A stretch of DNA of 64,000 bases from Hormiphora californensis (lineage: Eukaryota > Animalia > Ctenophora). The notes under the pieces are model-generated. The model was not told where the DNA came from. It saw only the letters and a list, made by a program, of their open reading frames with translations, and ran no database searches. Shown one piece after another: positions 24,953-39,083 of this stretch. A program made the translations under genes and the position numbers. Within the stretch, counting starts at the first letter, position 1; every line of letters starts with the position of its first letter. The stretch spans positions 4,092,001-4,156,000 of the forward strand of contig CM035359.1 of the NCBI GenBank assembly GCA_020137815.1, in the 5' to 3' direction.

Positions 24953-27900
24953 TAAATCCAAAACGTCTTTTTTTATTTTTTTTAAATGTTTTGTTTTTTT
25001 ATACAATTATCTAGTTAATTAATCAATGCGTTGAAACTTATTAAAATAGAAAAATATGTTTCCATCCTAGTCAAATTTTTTAAAAAAATCAGGATCCTAG
25101 TCGGATTGAGATACTTTGACACTGGGCCCCTGAGCCGAAATTATCTCCCGATCTGCTTGAAATATCGACTTGAAACTTTGTAGGAATGCTCTTCAAGCAT
25201 AAAAAATGATCAACAAAAAGTTAGAATAGTCAAAATTAAGTAATCAATGAGTTATAGGCATGCAAAAATGGACATTTCTGGTGCCCCTGAATTTTGCCCC
25301 CGGGCATTTGAAAAAACTGCCCCTGGGCAATTTTAAAATTCAAATTGTGGCCACACTGTTTGACATATCGATCTAAAACTTTGTAGGCATGTTCTAGTGG
25401 TATAACTAAGAGTCACCACGGAGCCTGATTTTTGATTTTTTACTTAATTAATTAATTATAAGCAATTAAAATTTTAAAATTGCCCCCGCACTAACAAAAG
25501 TGGCCCAGGGGCACCTGAGTCGCAATTATCTCCCGATCTGCTTGAAATATCGACTTGAAACTTTGTAGGAATGCTCTTCAAGCATATAGAAAGGTCTACA
25601 AAAGGTGGGAATATTCAAAATTAAGTAATCAATGAGTTATAAGCAATTAAAAAATGGACATTTTTATGGTGCCCCTGAGCATTGCCCCTGAGCATTTGAA
25701 AATATTTTCCGTTCTGCTATAAATATCGACTTGAAACTTTGTAGGAATGCTCTTCAAGCATATAGAAAGGTCTACAAAAAGTGGGAATATTCAAAATTAA
25801 CTATCCAATTAATTATAAGCAATTAAAAAAATGTGCAGTGGCAGTGCAGGGGCAAAAAAATAAAGCATATATATGGCGGGAAAATATTTTGGCGGGAAAC
25901 CGAAAAATCCCAATAAGCCAAGAACGGGGTGGGGCCAAGGTCTGGCCCACTAGCTTTTGATCACCTCATCGAGCCCGATCGAACGCGAATAATGTCGACC
26001 TCCCACGACGACCTAAACCCGTAATCCCACGTGGTGCCAGCCAACCGCCAGCCAAACGGAAAAATCTAGTGATCCTCTATCAGCTGGTATCAAAATCTAA
26101 GCTCAAAGTGACCTGGAACTGGCATTATTAGTGCTAATTGGCGATAACGTCATAAATCACATAATTACGACTAATTAGTGAACCGGGGGTGGTAGAGACC
26201 TGTGGGATGGTACTTTGGACTTTTTATAGAGTCCCTAATCATATCAAATTTAAAATTCCAGGCCCAACTTCCCACAACCGACCCTACTATAATAAACAGG
26301 CCGCCGCGCATCAAAAAATATTTTAACAGCCTGAAGGTTGCTGTTTCGACGAATCTCCCAACTTCGGGTCGGACGAGGGGAAGCTTGCCTTTTGCGATCA
26401 TATATACAAAGAATAGAAGATTTTCGGGGGGGGGGGGGGGGGGGCAAATTTCAGGCAGCGATTGCGGCCACATCGTTTGAGATATCGACCTGAAATTTTG
26501 TAGGCATGTTCTAGTAGTATAACTACGTGTCATAACGTGGCCGGATTTTTGATTTTTTAATTAATTAATTAATTATAAGCTATCAAAATTTGCCCCTGCA
26601 CATTGCCCCTGTACATTTCGATTTTTTGCCCCTGCACGTGTGCCCCTGCACACGGTTTATCTTCCGTTCTGCTTGAAATATCGACTTGAAACTTTGTAGG
26701 AATGTTCTTCAATCATAAAAAATGATATTCGAAAAGTGGGAGTATTGAAAATTAATTAATTAATTAGTTATAGGCATGCAAAAATGGACTTTTTTAGGGC
26801 CCCCTGCACTTTTTTTGAAAATGTGCAGGGGCAAATACCCCTGCACATTTTTTGCAATTTTGATATTCAAACTGTGGCCAAACTGTTTGTTTTTTCGAAA
26901 TGAAACTTTGTATGCATGTTCTAGTAGTATAACTACGCGTCATAAAAAGGCTGGATTTCTTATTTTTAATTTAACTAATTAATTATAAGTAATTAAAATT
27001 TTGCCCCTGCACCATCTTTCCCCTGCACCGCTGATTTCGACCCCCTGCACATTTCCTGAACAAGGCAACTAAAAATGGTATATTTTCTGTTCTGCTATAA
27101 ACAACGACCTAAAATTTTGTAGTAATGTAGTTCATGCATATAGAAAGATTGACAAAAAGTGGGAATAGTCAAAATTAATTATCCAATTAATTATAAGTAA
27201 TTAAAATTTTGCCCCTGCACAATTTTGTTTGCCCCTGCACAATTTTTGCAACTTTGATATTCAAACTGTGGCCACACCGTTTGAAATTTCGAAATGAAAC
27301 TTTGTATGTATGTTCTAGTAGTATAAATACGAGTCATAACGGAGCCGGATTTTTGATTTTCTAATTAATAAATTAATAATAATCAATTAAAACTTTTGCC
27401 CCTGCACAGTTTTGGCAAATTTGATATTCAAACTTTGAGCCTTTGTGAAAGTTTCATACAGTTGCTGGCGATAGACTCGATAGAGTTCGATTAATTTACC
27501 ATGACAACGGAGTTGGTTACCATAGTAACCAGGGAATTCGTTGTAAAATAGTCCTTTCTTGCTATAAACAATATAGTTAACGTGTAGCACACGCCACAAA
27601 AGTTTTAAATTTAAGTTTTTGGGTGAAAAATAAATGGACTTTAACAATCGAAAGAAAGTGTGCCATTAGATCCTGAACCGAGAAACGAATATTTGTCAAA
27701 TCGAATTTTGTTTAATGCGCCCCCGGTTCCCATTATTAAATATCGGACTGTATGTTAGCAACTTCGGGTCGGACGAGGGGAAGCTTGCCTTTTGCGAACA
27801 TATATACAAAGAAAGGTCTTTTTTTCGGGGGGGGGGGGGCAAATTTCAGGCAGCGATTGCGGCCACATCGTTTGAGATATCGACCTGAAATTTTGTAGGC

Positions 27901-30900
27901 ATGTTCTAGTAGTATAACTACGTGTCATAACGTGGCCGGATTTTTGATTTTTTAATTAATTAATTAATTATAAGCTATCAAAATTTGCCCCTGCACATTG
28001 CCCCTGTACATTTCGATTTTTTGCCCCTGCACGCGTGCCCCTGCACACGGTTTATCTTCCGTTCTGCTTGAAATATCGACTTGAAACTTTGTAGGAATGT
28101 TCTTCAATCATAAAAAATGATATTCGAAAAGTGGGAGTATTGAAAATTAATTAATTAATTAGTTATAGGCATGCAAAAATTGACTTTTTTAGGGCCCCCT
28201 GCACTTTTTTTGAAAATGTACAGGGGCAAATACCCCTGCACATTTTTTGCAATTTTGATATTCAAACTGTGGCCAAACTGTTTGTTTTTTCGAAATGAAA
28301 CTTTGTATGCATGTTCTAGTAGTATAACTACGAGTCATAAAAAGGCTGGATTTCTTATTTTTAATTTAACTAATTAATTATAAGTAATTAAAATTTTGCC
28401 CCTGCACCATCTTTCCCCTGCACCGCTGATTTCGACCCCCTGCACATTTCCTGAACAAGGCAACTAAAAATGGTATATTTTCTGTTCTGCTATAAATAAC
28501 GACCTAAAATTTTGTAGTAATGTAGTTCATGCATATAGAAAGATCGACAAAAAGTGGGAATAGTCAAAATTAATTATCCAATTAATTATAAGTAATTAAA
28601 ATTTTGCCCCTGCACAATTTTGTTTGCCCCTGCACAATTTTTGCAACTTTGATATTCAAACTGTGTCCAAACCGTTTGTTTTTTCGAAATGAAACTTTGT
28701 ATGTATGTTCTAGTAGTATAAATACGAGTCATAACGGAGCCGGATTTTTGATTTTCTAATTAATTAATTAATAATAATCAATTAAAACTTTTGCCCCTGC
28801 ACCAATTTGCCACTACACAGTTTTGGCAAATTTGATATTCAAACTTTGAGCCTTTGTGAAAGTAATGAAAAATATTTATTTCAGGTTATGATGAACAATA
28901 AGCTATAAAAATGCCCCTGACAACGGATTTGGTTACCATAGCAACCAGGGAATTTGCCGTAAAATAGCCCTTTCTTGCTATAAACTCCACCTTTAGTTCA
29001 AATTTGAGCACCTCTAAAACAAATAAGAGCATTAACTTAATTAATTATTTATTAACGTGGTGAGATAGGAAATTGATTTTGTTCTGCTCCCACTAACTAC
29101 AAGGGCATTTCACATTTTGGTGCCATTATTTTTGTCTCTATTTTTAATAGGATTTACAATTTTATTTTGGTATTAGACTAAATGTATGGGATTAGATCAT
29201 TTGAGAAGTGGTGAAGATTTGAAATATGTTAGCAACTTGCCGGTTCGACAAACTAAACCCATATGATTCCAACTTCGGGTCGGACGAGGGGAAGCTTGCC
29301 TTTTGCGAACATTAAGAACAAAGAAAAGTCTTTTTTAGGGGGGGGGGGGGGCAAAAAACATGTCAACGATTGTGGCCACACCGTTTGAGATATCGACTTG
29401 AAACTTTGTAGGAATGTTCTTCAATCATAAAAGATGATGTTCGAAAAGTGGGAATAGTCAAAATTAATTAATTAGTTAGTTAGAGCCGTGCAAAAAATGG
29501 AATTTGGTGCAGGGGCAGGCAATGTGCAAGGGCAAATGGTTCAGGGGCTGCCCTTGCACCAAAATTGTGATCGAACTGTGTCCACACCGTTTGTAGTAGC
29601 ATAACTACGAGTACTAGAAGAGCCGTATGATTAATATATCAATTAGGTAATTAATTATAGGCAAATTAATTAAAATTTGCCCCTGCACAATTTGTGCAAT
29701 TTTCCCCTGAACATTTGCCCCTGCACCATTTTGTTTGCCCCTGCACATTTTTTGCAACTTTGATATTCAAACTGTGGCCACACCGTTTGAAATTTCGAAA
29801 TGAAACTTTGCATGTATGTTCTAGTAGTATAACTACGAGTCATAACGGAGCCGGATTTTTGATTTTCTAATTAATTAATTAATTATAATCAATTAAAACT
29901 TTTGCCCCTGCACCAATTTGCCCCTGCACAGTTTTGGCAAATTTGATATTCAAACTTTGAGCCTTTGTGAAAGTAATGAAAATTATTTATTTCAGGTTAT
30001 GATGAACAATAATTGCTATAAAAACGCCCCTTTTTGTTACACAAGCCTGTGCTTGGTATCGAAGACACCTCACACTCTGTCGCCGGGCGACCTTCGCGTG
30101 CACACGCTGGCAAGGGGTAACTTCGTAACCAAAGCCTGTGCATTGTGCATAATGAAATGGATAAATTTTCATCCAGTTGCTGGCGATAGAACTCGATAGA
30201 GTTCGATTGATTTACCATGACAACGGAGTTGGTTACCATACTAACCAGAGAATTCGTTGTAAAATAGTCCTTTCTTGCTATAAACTCGGCCTTTAGATAG
30301 AAAATTGATTTTATTCTACTCGCACTAATGCAAGGGCATTTCACAGTTTGGTGCCGTTATTTTTGTCTCTATTTTTAATAGGATTTTGGGATTAGACTGA
30401 AAGTATGGGATCATTTGAGAAGTAGTGAAGATTTGAAACATGTTAGCAACTTGCCGGTTCGACAAACTAAACCCATATGATTCCAACTTCGGGTCGGACG
30501 AGGGGAAGCTTGCCTTTTGCGAACATATATCTGAAAATAACTTTGAATTGTATCGGTGTCAAAGAATTTGTCTGAGACATTTGTCTCTGTAGAAACTGTA
30601 ACTGTGTCCTAACTAGTGTGTCCTCCAAACTTATCAGATCCTAGTTTAATGAGTCGACAAGATGAAATGTATTCTGGGGGGTATACGATTAGTTGGTTGA
30701 CTTGACTTGATACATAGGCATATATATCTGATTGAATGCCTTTTTTCTGTACTCCATATATTGAGCTTGAAAACCAAAACAAGAAGATGTATAGTCATGC
30801 TTGACCCTCTCTCGCCGCTCTGGTTAGAAGATATAAAACATAGAAGATATAGGCCAGAAGGCCTAAAGATCTGATACATGTTGACATCCCCTATCTTTCT

Positions 30901-31860
30901 ATTATTGGGATCCAGCCATGAAGTAAACCCGGTTACAGTTGGTGATCAGTAGTTGTTTGTTCTCGGAATCATCAGACAAAGATTATATTGTACGTCTACT
31001 AAACCGAGACATTTAGAACTTTCCTGTCTCAGAGCGCCATCCAGACACTTAAGTGGCAAGCGAACTGCATTGTTCAGAATTAGACTTCTCTAAAGAGAGA
31101 GTCTCCCCTAGGAGTAAAAAAGACTGTATGGCGGTGCTCGGGTAAGGTTTTGTGGCGGTGGACAGATTTTACGTAAACTGTCATCGCCATGTCTGTGATC
31201 TGGAAGTTATTTGTGGACAATGTCCTTCATGGTATTCACGTGGTCATTGTTGAACAAGAGATCACGGTAGATACACAGAGAGAGAAAGAGAAAGAGAGAG
31301 AGGGAGAAAGAGGTGGATAGATAAAGAAGAATGAGCGAGAGATCAGGGAGACAAACTACCATAGTATTGAAGAGAGATATGAGCACGTCATCTCATGGTT
31401 TTTGTCGTATAACAGAGGGACTCATGACAAAGAAGACCTGTTTAGACGGCACAATCAAGCCCGTATTATCAACTTCACATCTGCCACTAGTTGGTCACCT
31501 TCGTTTACTACTTGAGACCAGTTGAGTACTAGCTGCGCTGGTATTTGTTGAGTAAGGGGGAAGAGTCTTCCCCCTTACTCAACAAGCTGGTATGCTAGTT
31601 AGTTTTAAAGTCGATATTTTCTATGAGCCAATTAATGCTTTGAGATTCCGACAATGCTATGAATAGAACTGTTAGCAGTTTAACAAAAGTCGAAAAACTA
31701 AAATTTTGCTAATAGCTTCCTTCTTCGTCCTGTACCTATAAGACGTATTGAGATTCATTTCTTATCTATATCTCTCTCTCTACTTATATTCCTTCTCCAG
31801 TATTCAAGTTCTGAGAAAAGGACGTCTACTGAAGGTATCTCCTTTTCAATATCTTCCTTC

Positions 31861-32080
<220 letters not shown>

Positions 32081-33002
32081 CTCACTAAATCTCTGACGCA
32101 ATATCTGCCCACTCTATTCTAACTAGTTCAAGTTTACAGTTCCCCTTTAGCTCTATACTCCAGTCGGTACTTCGATCATTCGGTTGTTCAGCTCTTCTTG
32201 TTCAGCTCAATTCGAACTTGGCTGTCAGAGCATTGGCCGCTGACAGCATGATCTCCCATTTGAAGCAGTGATCTCGCATGACCTGATCCCGTTTTAGGGT
32301 CAAATGATTTCTCGTTGTATTCCTCGCCAGATCTATAACTTGAGTTATCTTCAAGCTCTGATTTATCTAAATCATGAGAACTTAGGATGACGACTGTTGT
32401 CGGACCTATAGGTATCAGAGTTGACTATTGGTAGATCATATAAGTAATCTATATTGGTACATTGTTTAAGATCTCTACCACCTGCAGTGCTCTGTATTGT
32501 AAGATTTGCCATGAGGAATTTGATTGACTTTACACTAGTTAATCAACCCGATATATAATGCTTGGTTATACTTCTTGTATTGTGTCGCCGTGACTTACCC
32601 CCTCAAAGCGACATATCTAGATCACATTGTACTAAATCAACATGTAATTTGTTATAGCATAAGCAACTTTATAACTACGTCCCAAGACTGCAGTTGGCTG
32701 GCGGCTACTATAAAAACAACAACAATGATCAAATCCGACACGGTAAGATATTACACCTCTACTACTCGTTGATTTAACACCTTCATAGTGCCTAGTCAAC
32801 TTTTACTTGATTATGTTTACATTAGTTGCATTACTGTGGCTCTGCGCAGATTTCATCAAATAAGATAAAATCAGCTGTAAGAAGGATACAAATTGTGTGC
32901 ACACATGTTTATTTTGTTGGAGTTGGTACTTTTAGTCGTCACAAGGACTGAAGAGGATCAAACATTCCTCATTTCTCATGATTGACAGCCTAATATTACG
33001 CT

Positions 33003-33196
33003 CCAGTTACAAAATTGGAACCTGGCATCAGTTTCCACTGCACAGCTGGGACACTCCTGGTGAACCATGCTATGCGCAACATTTTCGATCACGTGATCGA
33101 TGTGAATTGCATTGAAAGTAGCGTGTCAGCACTCCAAAAAGAACCTGACATAAGTTTCCACTGGAAACTGATATCAGGTTCCAATTTTGTAACTGG
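33003..33196. mobile_element. ~195-bp MITE
   Basis: TIR CCAGTTACAAAATTGGAACCTG / CAGGTTCCAATTTTGTAACTGG; TSD not resolved. Confidence 0.7.
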
Positions 33197-33796
33197 TCCC
33201 TTATATATCTTTCTGTTCATCGCCAGCATCATTTTAGCGGCTCGAAAACGGTAAGAATTGAAGCATATAATTTTCTTCACTTTTGTAAGCCTATGCACGG
33301 GTTCGTATTCAGCGGGTCAAAATAAGTTGGTTACTTGACCGGAATTTGCTTTCCACAAAATAGTGAGTCAACCACTTAACTTTTTGTGAGAGATTCGTTC
33401 CCATGCTGCTATAGTTGGAATCCAAATTTCTAAGCATAAAATATGTCATAAAGGTCACTTCCGGAAAATAAGTTTTGTTAGTTAAGAATCAAATAAGTTG
33501 AGGCGCCCCTCGGTAAATCGATTGGGGAGTCTCCCGGGGACGGCAATATCAACCGGCTATATTGACAGCCTGTTACAATTTAGAATGTAAACAGTTTTAT
33601 ATCCGTTCATGGTTTAGTCGACCACGTTCAGTCTCATGTGTATGTTTACATTTCATATATACGGTACTAATGGTGTCAGTATACTCATCTGCACGGTAGT
33701 TCACTATTAATATTACCGAGCTATGTCGACCTACACGGTGTAGCTCTTTGGAAACCATTTGGTTACTGATCGCTATTTGTAGCTGTCATTCGGTGT

Positions 33797-33937
33797 TGGG
33801 TTACTATTAAAATACTATTTGTATACAAATAGTAGTAGCTATAGCTAGCTATCAATCGATGCATTAGGGTACTATTAAAATACTATTTGTAGCTACATCA
33901 ATCGATGCATTGGGGTACTATTAAAATACTATTTGTA
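33797..33937. repeat. Three-copy tandem repeat (TACTATTAAAATACTATTTGTA...ATCAATCGATGCATT)
   Basis: Direct reading. Confidence 0.8.
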
Positions 33938-34186
33938 ACTGGCTAAAACTGCTCAGAAAATCCAAACGGTGATATATTTCCGGATGCCTATACACATCAT
34001 CCGTTAAGTGTTAATCTATAGCTACTTATATTAATCAATTTACCGCTCTTATTTTCTCTTGTCGTCTTCCAGTTTCCATGGCTGCATCTTACTGGCTTCC
34101 TGTATACATCATAATATATATTCTCTTGACCAGGCTTGGCAGTCTTAACCAAAATATTAGATTTCGTTCTCAGCTGTAGACTTTAA

Positions 34187-35358
34187 GGGTTATCACCTGG
34201 CTTTATCACGCGCACCAAAATGATCACCGGATATTAAGCATACAAAATTGGCCTCAATGAGTTTATAGCCTGAAAATGAAATTTATTGCCGGCATTTACT
34301 TCAAATGGGTTCATACAATTTTGTTGAAATTGTTTCAAACCGCTCAGTCGACCATTTTTTAGATAGAAAATTATAAATCATCTCGGAAATATTTTAAGTA
34401 TGAAATAATAATTGAGGTGAAACCTCAAATTTGAGTCTCCGGGTTCTTTGATATTACATGTGCATGTATGACATTCTGCTTTCAAGACATCGGTTTACCT
34501 CTCTTTTCATCTTGTGAACAGCTCTCGAAATGTTCCTACTGCTTCATTAGAGATGAAAATCGGAAATTTGCCAAACTTATCTATGTGCCCAATTACGACT
34601 TTGACTTTCCCCAGCATGGGTGTACGAAGCTTTTTTTGGAAACCTGTTTGTTTGAAAACAAGTGGGAAATTCCTGTTGTCTAAGTCATATCATAGACTTG
34701 TTACCATAGCTAATGATCAAGTTAGATTTGTCGGGGGTTTTGAGAGACATTTGCTCCTCACTCAACGATTTCTGTATTGCAAAAATAATTTATAAAAACA
34801 ACTCTTCAAGCGCTCGGGCTATTTCCCCTTACTCTGAACTTTTTCGCAATTAAGCAAAAAACGGAGTAGGAACAATGTCTTCTAGAAACCCCCCCAAAAT
34901 CGACCTCTGAATCGAATATTAAAATTAGGTCCCAGTCTTTATGACAATACTGTCTTGAAATTGCAGAAAGTGACAGTATTGGATTCTCTTTTCAACAAAC
35001 GAAGGTTTCAAGATATATCTTTAACAATTTTGGCGGAATTATTTTTTGGCGTCCACAGTTCATGCTGCAACTATTCAGTTTTCTTCCTAGAACATGGAAA
35101 TATTACTCGTGCAAGGCTGAGCGTAAACCTTCTATGCGAAAAGCCTTAAAAATCTTACGTGTTGCTTTACTTAATATCAATTCAAGAATTAATGTTTCTC
35201 CAAAAAAGTGTCCGGAAAAATTCACATTTAAATTAAAATTAGCCACTTTACTACTCGCTTACAAAAATCAGAATTCTATGGCTAAAATTCTTTTCAGTTT
35301 AGTATTTGTATGGCACACGGGTAAGCAGGTAGGTCATCGTGTCACGGGCCAGGTACCC
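34187..35358. mobile_element. Diverged Kolobok-like element, same family as 55720-57022
   Basis: TTAAGGGT..CACCTGG and CCAGGT.ACCCTAA ends; internal match (TGCTTCATTAGAGATGAAAATC, GAGAGACATTT..CTCCT) to 56040-56330. Confidence 0.65.
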
Positions 35359-36903
35359 TAAGGTTCATTAATAAAATCTCAAGTTTCTCTGTACTTTCTA
35401 ATATAAGCTTACCTCAACCAGTCCAGAAAGACCATGGCCCCCTTTACGATTGTGTACAGTATGGAACAGTTGCAAGGAAGTATGTTCCGGCGTACTTTCC
35501 AGACATCGCATTCCAAAGTTTGTGATTAAAATTACCCCAGTTTGGAACCAAATCGCTATGAAGGCTGCTCAGTCTATCCATTTTCTCTTATCTAAATTCT
35601 CTGCCCTCATCTTCTCATGGGTTCTACATTCCCCCATTTATCTAATTTCGCTATTAATCTCTCGTCCTTCTCTCTTACTCTCTCTCTTCTTCTCTCTCCT
35701 CTTCTCTCTCTTCTCTCTCCTCTCTCTCTATCCTATCTCTAACTTCTCGACACCACTCCCTCTGCCTTTAACATGCCCTCTTATCCCAAATTGATCTTTC
35801 TACTTTTCAAATTTTCCGTATTTCGTCCCATTAAATAAGCTGCTGGCCGACTGGTCAAACCTAACGTTTTGCACTGTATAATGAGTGTAACTGAGTGGAT
35901 AGTACATTGCATTTTCGGCGGTCTTACGGGCCCCTAGAGCTGTCATACACTCTGACTTTGGGTAACAAGCTTGACTGACCTAGTTGAGGTTTTAATTCGT
36001 TTTGCCGGATCTTGGCCACTTCCTCTACAGACTGCTTGCTATGTTCGCACATGTACCTCCGTCATAATGTTCCACAACTTGTCATTCATTTTATCATAAT
36101 CTATATCTTATGGACGTCCGAAGCACTCAATTTCATTTTATATATACAACTTAATGGATCAGCAACATTTTTGTATTAGTCGATAGTGACAACTACATGA
36201 CAGTTTCTTAGCATTAAACATAATCTACAGTATTCTTACTAAACCTTCTCTTTCCACTACTCCTCTCTAATCTCTCTCTCTCTCCCTGTCCTAGCAAATT
36301 TTCTAGCAAAATAAACAGTAAGTGCACACACGTTTCATCCGGCAAGTAAATGCAGTCGGCGATGAAATTGACATGGGTCGTTAAACTTGTCAGTGCAATA
36401 ATTAACTAAGCGTGACGTATGGAATAATTTCAGTAAGTTTCAGAACAACAAAACAGAATATACTGAGTTTTTATTTTTGCAACAATTGTGTCGTCAAATG
36501 AGTGGGCTCTAGAATTGTCCTATAAAAATAAAATATAGCACCGTCTATCTTCTATCTTGTATTATATTCACTCAACTTTATTTAGGCTATCGATATATTA
36601 TATTTTGAATGGTTCAATAAGAATCCTGATTAAACCATTCAAAATATTCATCGCACACTTTTCTACTTGGTGGGAAATGATAGAGCGGCACTTCATCATA
36701 TTAGACTCCAGCTGTACTCCCACTAGGGGCTCTTCATGAAGGTAGCTCCAATTTGGAAAAGTCTCACGGAAGACACTTTCAGCGAACTTTCAGAACCTTC
36801 CAGAACTACTTATATGCAACATCTGATTAACCATGTGAAACTGCAAAACTTAGTAAAGACTCCTAAGTGGTCGAACTTGATATAAATATATATAGGAGAA
36901 CGC

Positions 36904-37012
36904 CAGGAACCGACTGAATCACGAAATATTGGTCCCTGATTGGCTGATAACCAGTCACGCGACCTAAATAACGAGTTCTGGTTGGTTGTTTACTTGTGTT
37001 GGTCGGTTCCTG
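36904..37012 (+). mobile_element. MITE family A, full-length copy
   Basis: TIRs; flanks GAGAACGC / GAGAATGG. Confidence 0.8.
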
Positions 37013-37516
37013 GAGAATGGCTCCTTAGTCTAAATTGCACATGTTCCCACACCTTTTAGATGCCGCCACAGCATACAAGAAATTATCGTCCACTCACGTT
37101 TTCCCAAAATTTGGATTATCTGTCTGCCAGTCTGCTTGTAGGATCTAACAATTATACATGGTGAATATACAATATACCTTACTTCTGTTACCTTTCTATT
37201 ATATATATCGTTTGTCGGCTACTGATCGTCCGATCGGGATATCGCTTGCTGCAACTCCCCATATATAATTTGTATTCACTCCCCATAGTTGTTTTCAGTC
37301 TCACAACTATGCTGTATGCGGATTTCCCTGAAATGCTCTTCACGATTTCAGTTCAATTGAACACCTTGCCAAGTTACACTTTATCGTCTAATCTGCCATT
37401 TATGCATAGAACCCTTTGTCAGAATAATGAATATATCACGGCTTTTATCGTCTCCAACTTTTTGTGTTAGAACAGTATAAAAAGCTGGAGAGAGAGGAGT
37501 CGGTATCCACAGCTTG

Positions 37517-37636
37517 ATGTCGAGTTCACCGGACCCCGCAGGGTACGGGATGGAGGTAATTAGTGATCGTCGTGGAGGGGAAGGATCGGGAGCTAGATAT
37601 GATGATGATGATGATGATTCGAGTGACCCACCTCAG
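37517..37636 (+). CDS. Candidate alternative first coding exon B of the K2P gene
   Basis: ccacag 5 nt before ATG; MSSSPDPAGYGMEVISDRRGGEGSGARYDDDDDDSSDPPQ|gtatat; phase-0 donors at 37555 and 37636. Confidence 0.45.
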
Positions 37637-39042
37637 GTATATAAAATATTTGTTTTCATTGAAGGTGAGATATAATCATAATTCTGCTTCTTTTGTCTTA
37701 TATAGCGGCGAGATTATTCTGTTCTCCTTTGGACACAATGTCATGATCCCTTTGTCTTTTTCACAGTTTTTTAAGCTTGAAGGGGGCCAAACTTTTCTCA
37801 ATCCTCTTGGAATTTGTGATTAAGTATTATCTCGAAACGTGCCTTTCATGGATTTGATGGAAACATTGTAAATTTAAAGATATTATGATCATAATCGATA
37901 TAATATCGATAAAATATTAAATTATAACATATATTGTGTTAGTTTCCAGACACAGCAAAAACGTCAACCCATCTCATCACTTAAACCCCTATAGCTGTTA
38001 TCTTTATAATTGTTGGCTAAGAATTGGGCCTCTTCTTCCGCTACGATGCCCCAGCTGATTTAGACAACTAATGACCTCCCGCCAGCGACTTGATCATTAG
38101 CCCGAAATTACGCCGTAAAGTGACTCGATTATCACTCCCGGAATGTTCCTGTGCAATGACAAATCTTGCGACTTTTAAATGGGAGAAGCTTTAAAAAGTC
38201 ATTGAGCTCTTTTAAATGACCCCAACTAGGTTTTGAAAATTGGCTGAAATGGTTGGGTTATGGTCAAAAACGTGCGGTTTTCTCCAAGATCTGGTTATCA
38301 TTTACCGCCTACCGGTAGGCCTACATGTTAAATTGATACAAGTACCAGGTTTTGATTTTTTGCGATGGTTAAATAGCCTCGAGTAGCGGGCACGTGTGCA
38401 CCCAAGGCCCATAGTCAGACTATTAGTCTGGTATACTATGGAACTTTGTTTCAGATGGGGAAGGATTTTAAATTTGAATAAATTACGTAAAGGAGCACAT
38501 GGCTGTCCTACTAATTACTATTCAGCAGAATTATAGAGGAGTAAATCCACTAGGGTTTGGTTTAAATATGTACATGTCATTATCATATTACTGATGAATG
38601 ATTCAGTTTTTATTTCTTAACATCATGCAGCAGCAAGGCGCTGTTTTCGATTGCTTGCCTTGGCAGTAGACGCTGATGCAATTTATATCACCAATTTGTG
38701 ACCTATTAATTTTACCGATTCATGGTCGTTATAATTTCTCACCCTCTCTTGCTCTCTATCGAGTATCGCTCTCTCATTTATCTCTCTCTCTCTCGCTCTT
38801 ACATATCATTCACTGTCTCTCCCCGTCTATCTCTCCTCCTCTATTATGAATGGGCGGGAGCGGGGATCGATTGTGGCTACTACCGCACAATTGGTTGGCG
38901 GCATGCAGAGTTAGGATGGCCTCTCTATCTCGATAATCAATAATCATTTATCTTAACCCCCGGGATCAACTTGACAATAGATCGGAACCCCATGATGACT
39001 CTCTATCTTTCTTTTGTTCCTCATACAATTCTCTCTCTCTCA

Positions 39043-39083
<41 letters not shown>

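Larger units (their letters stand above)
24272..25126. mobile_element. 855-bp non-autonomous TIR transposon carrying two tRNA-like units
   Basis: 14-bp TIR CCCAGTGTCAAAGT; TSD CCCCTGAG (24264-24271, 25127-25134); empty site visible in sister array units. Confidence 0.92.
14927..30530. mobile_element. 15.6-kb tandem/modular array of a non-autonomous Helitron/Helentron (DINE-1/HINE-like) element with ~180-200-bp internal subrepeats
   Basis: Unit heads TTATTAGTGCTAATTGGCG at 14927, 19264, 22205, 23735, 26125 (basic unit ~1530 bp); subrepeat core ATATCGACTTGAAACTTTGTAGG; subterminal hairpin GTCRTAA...TTACGAC; no TIR or TSD seen. The repeat is certain; the superfamily is inferred. Confidence 0.6.
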
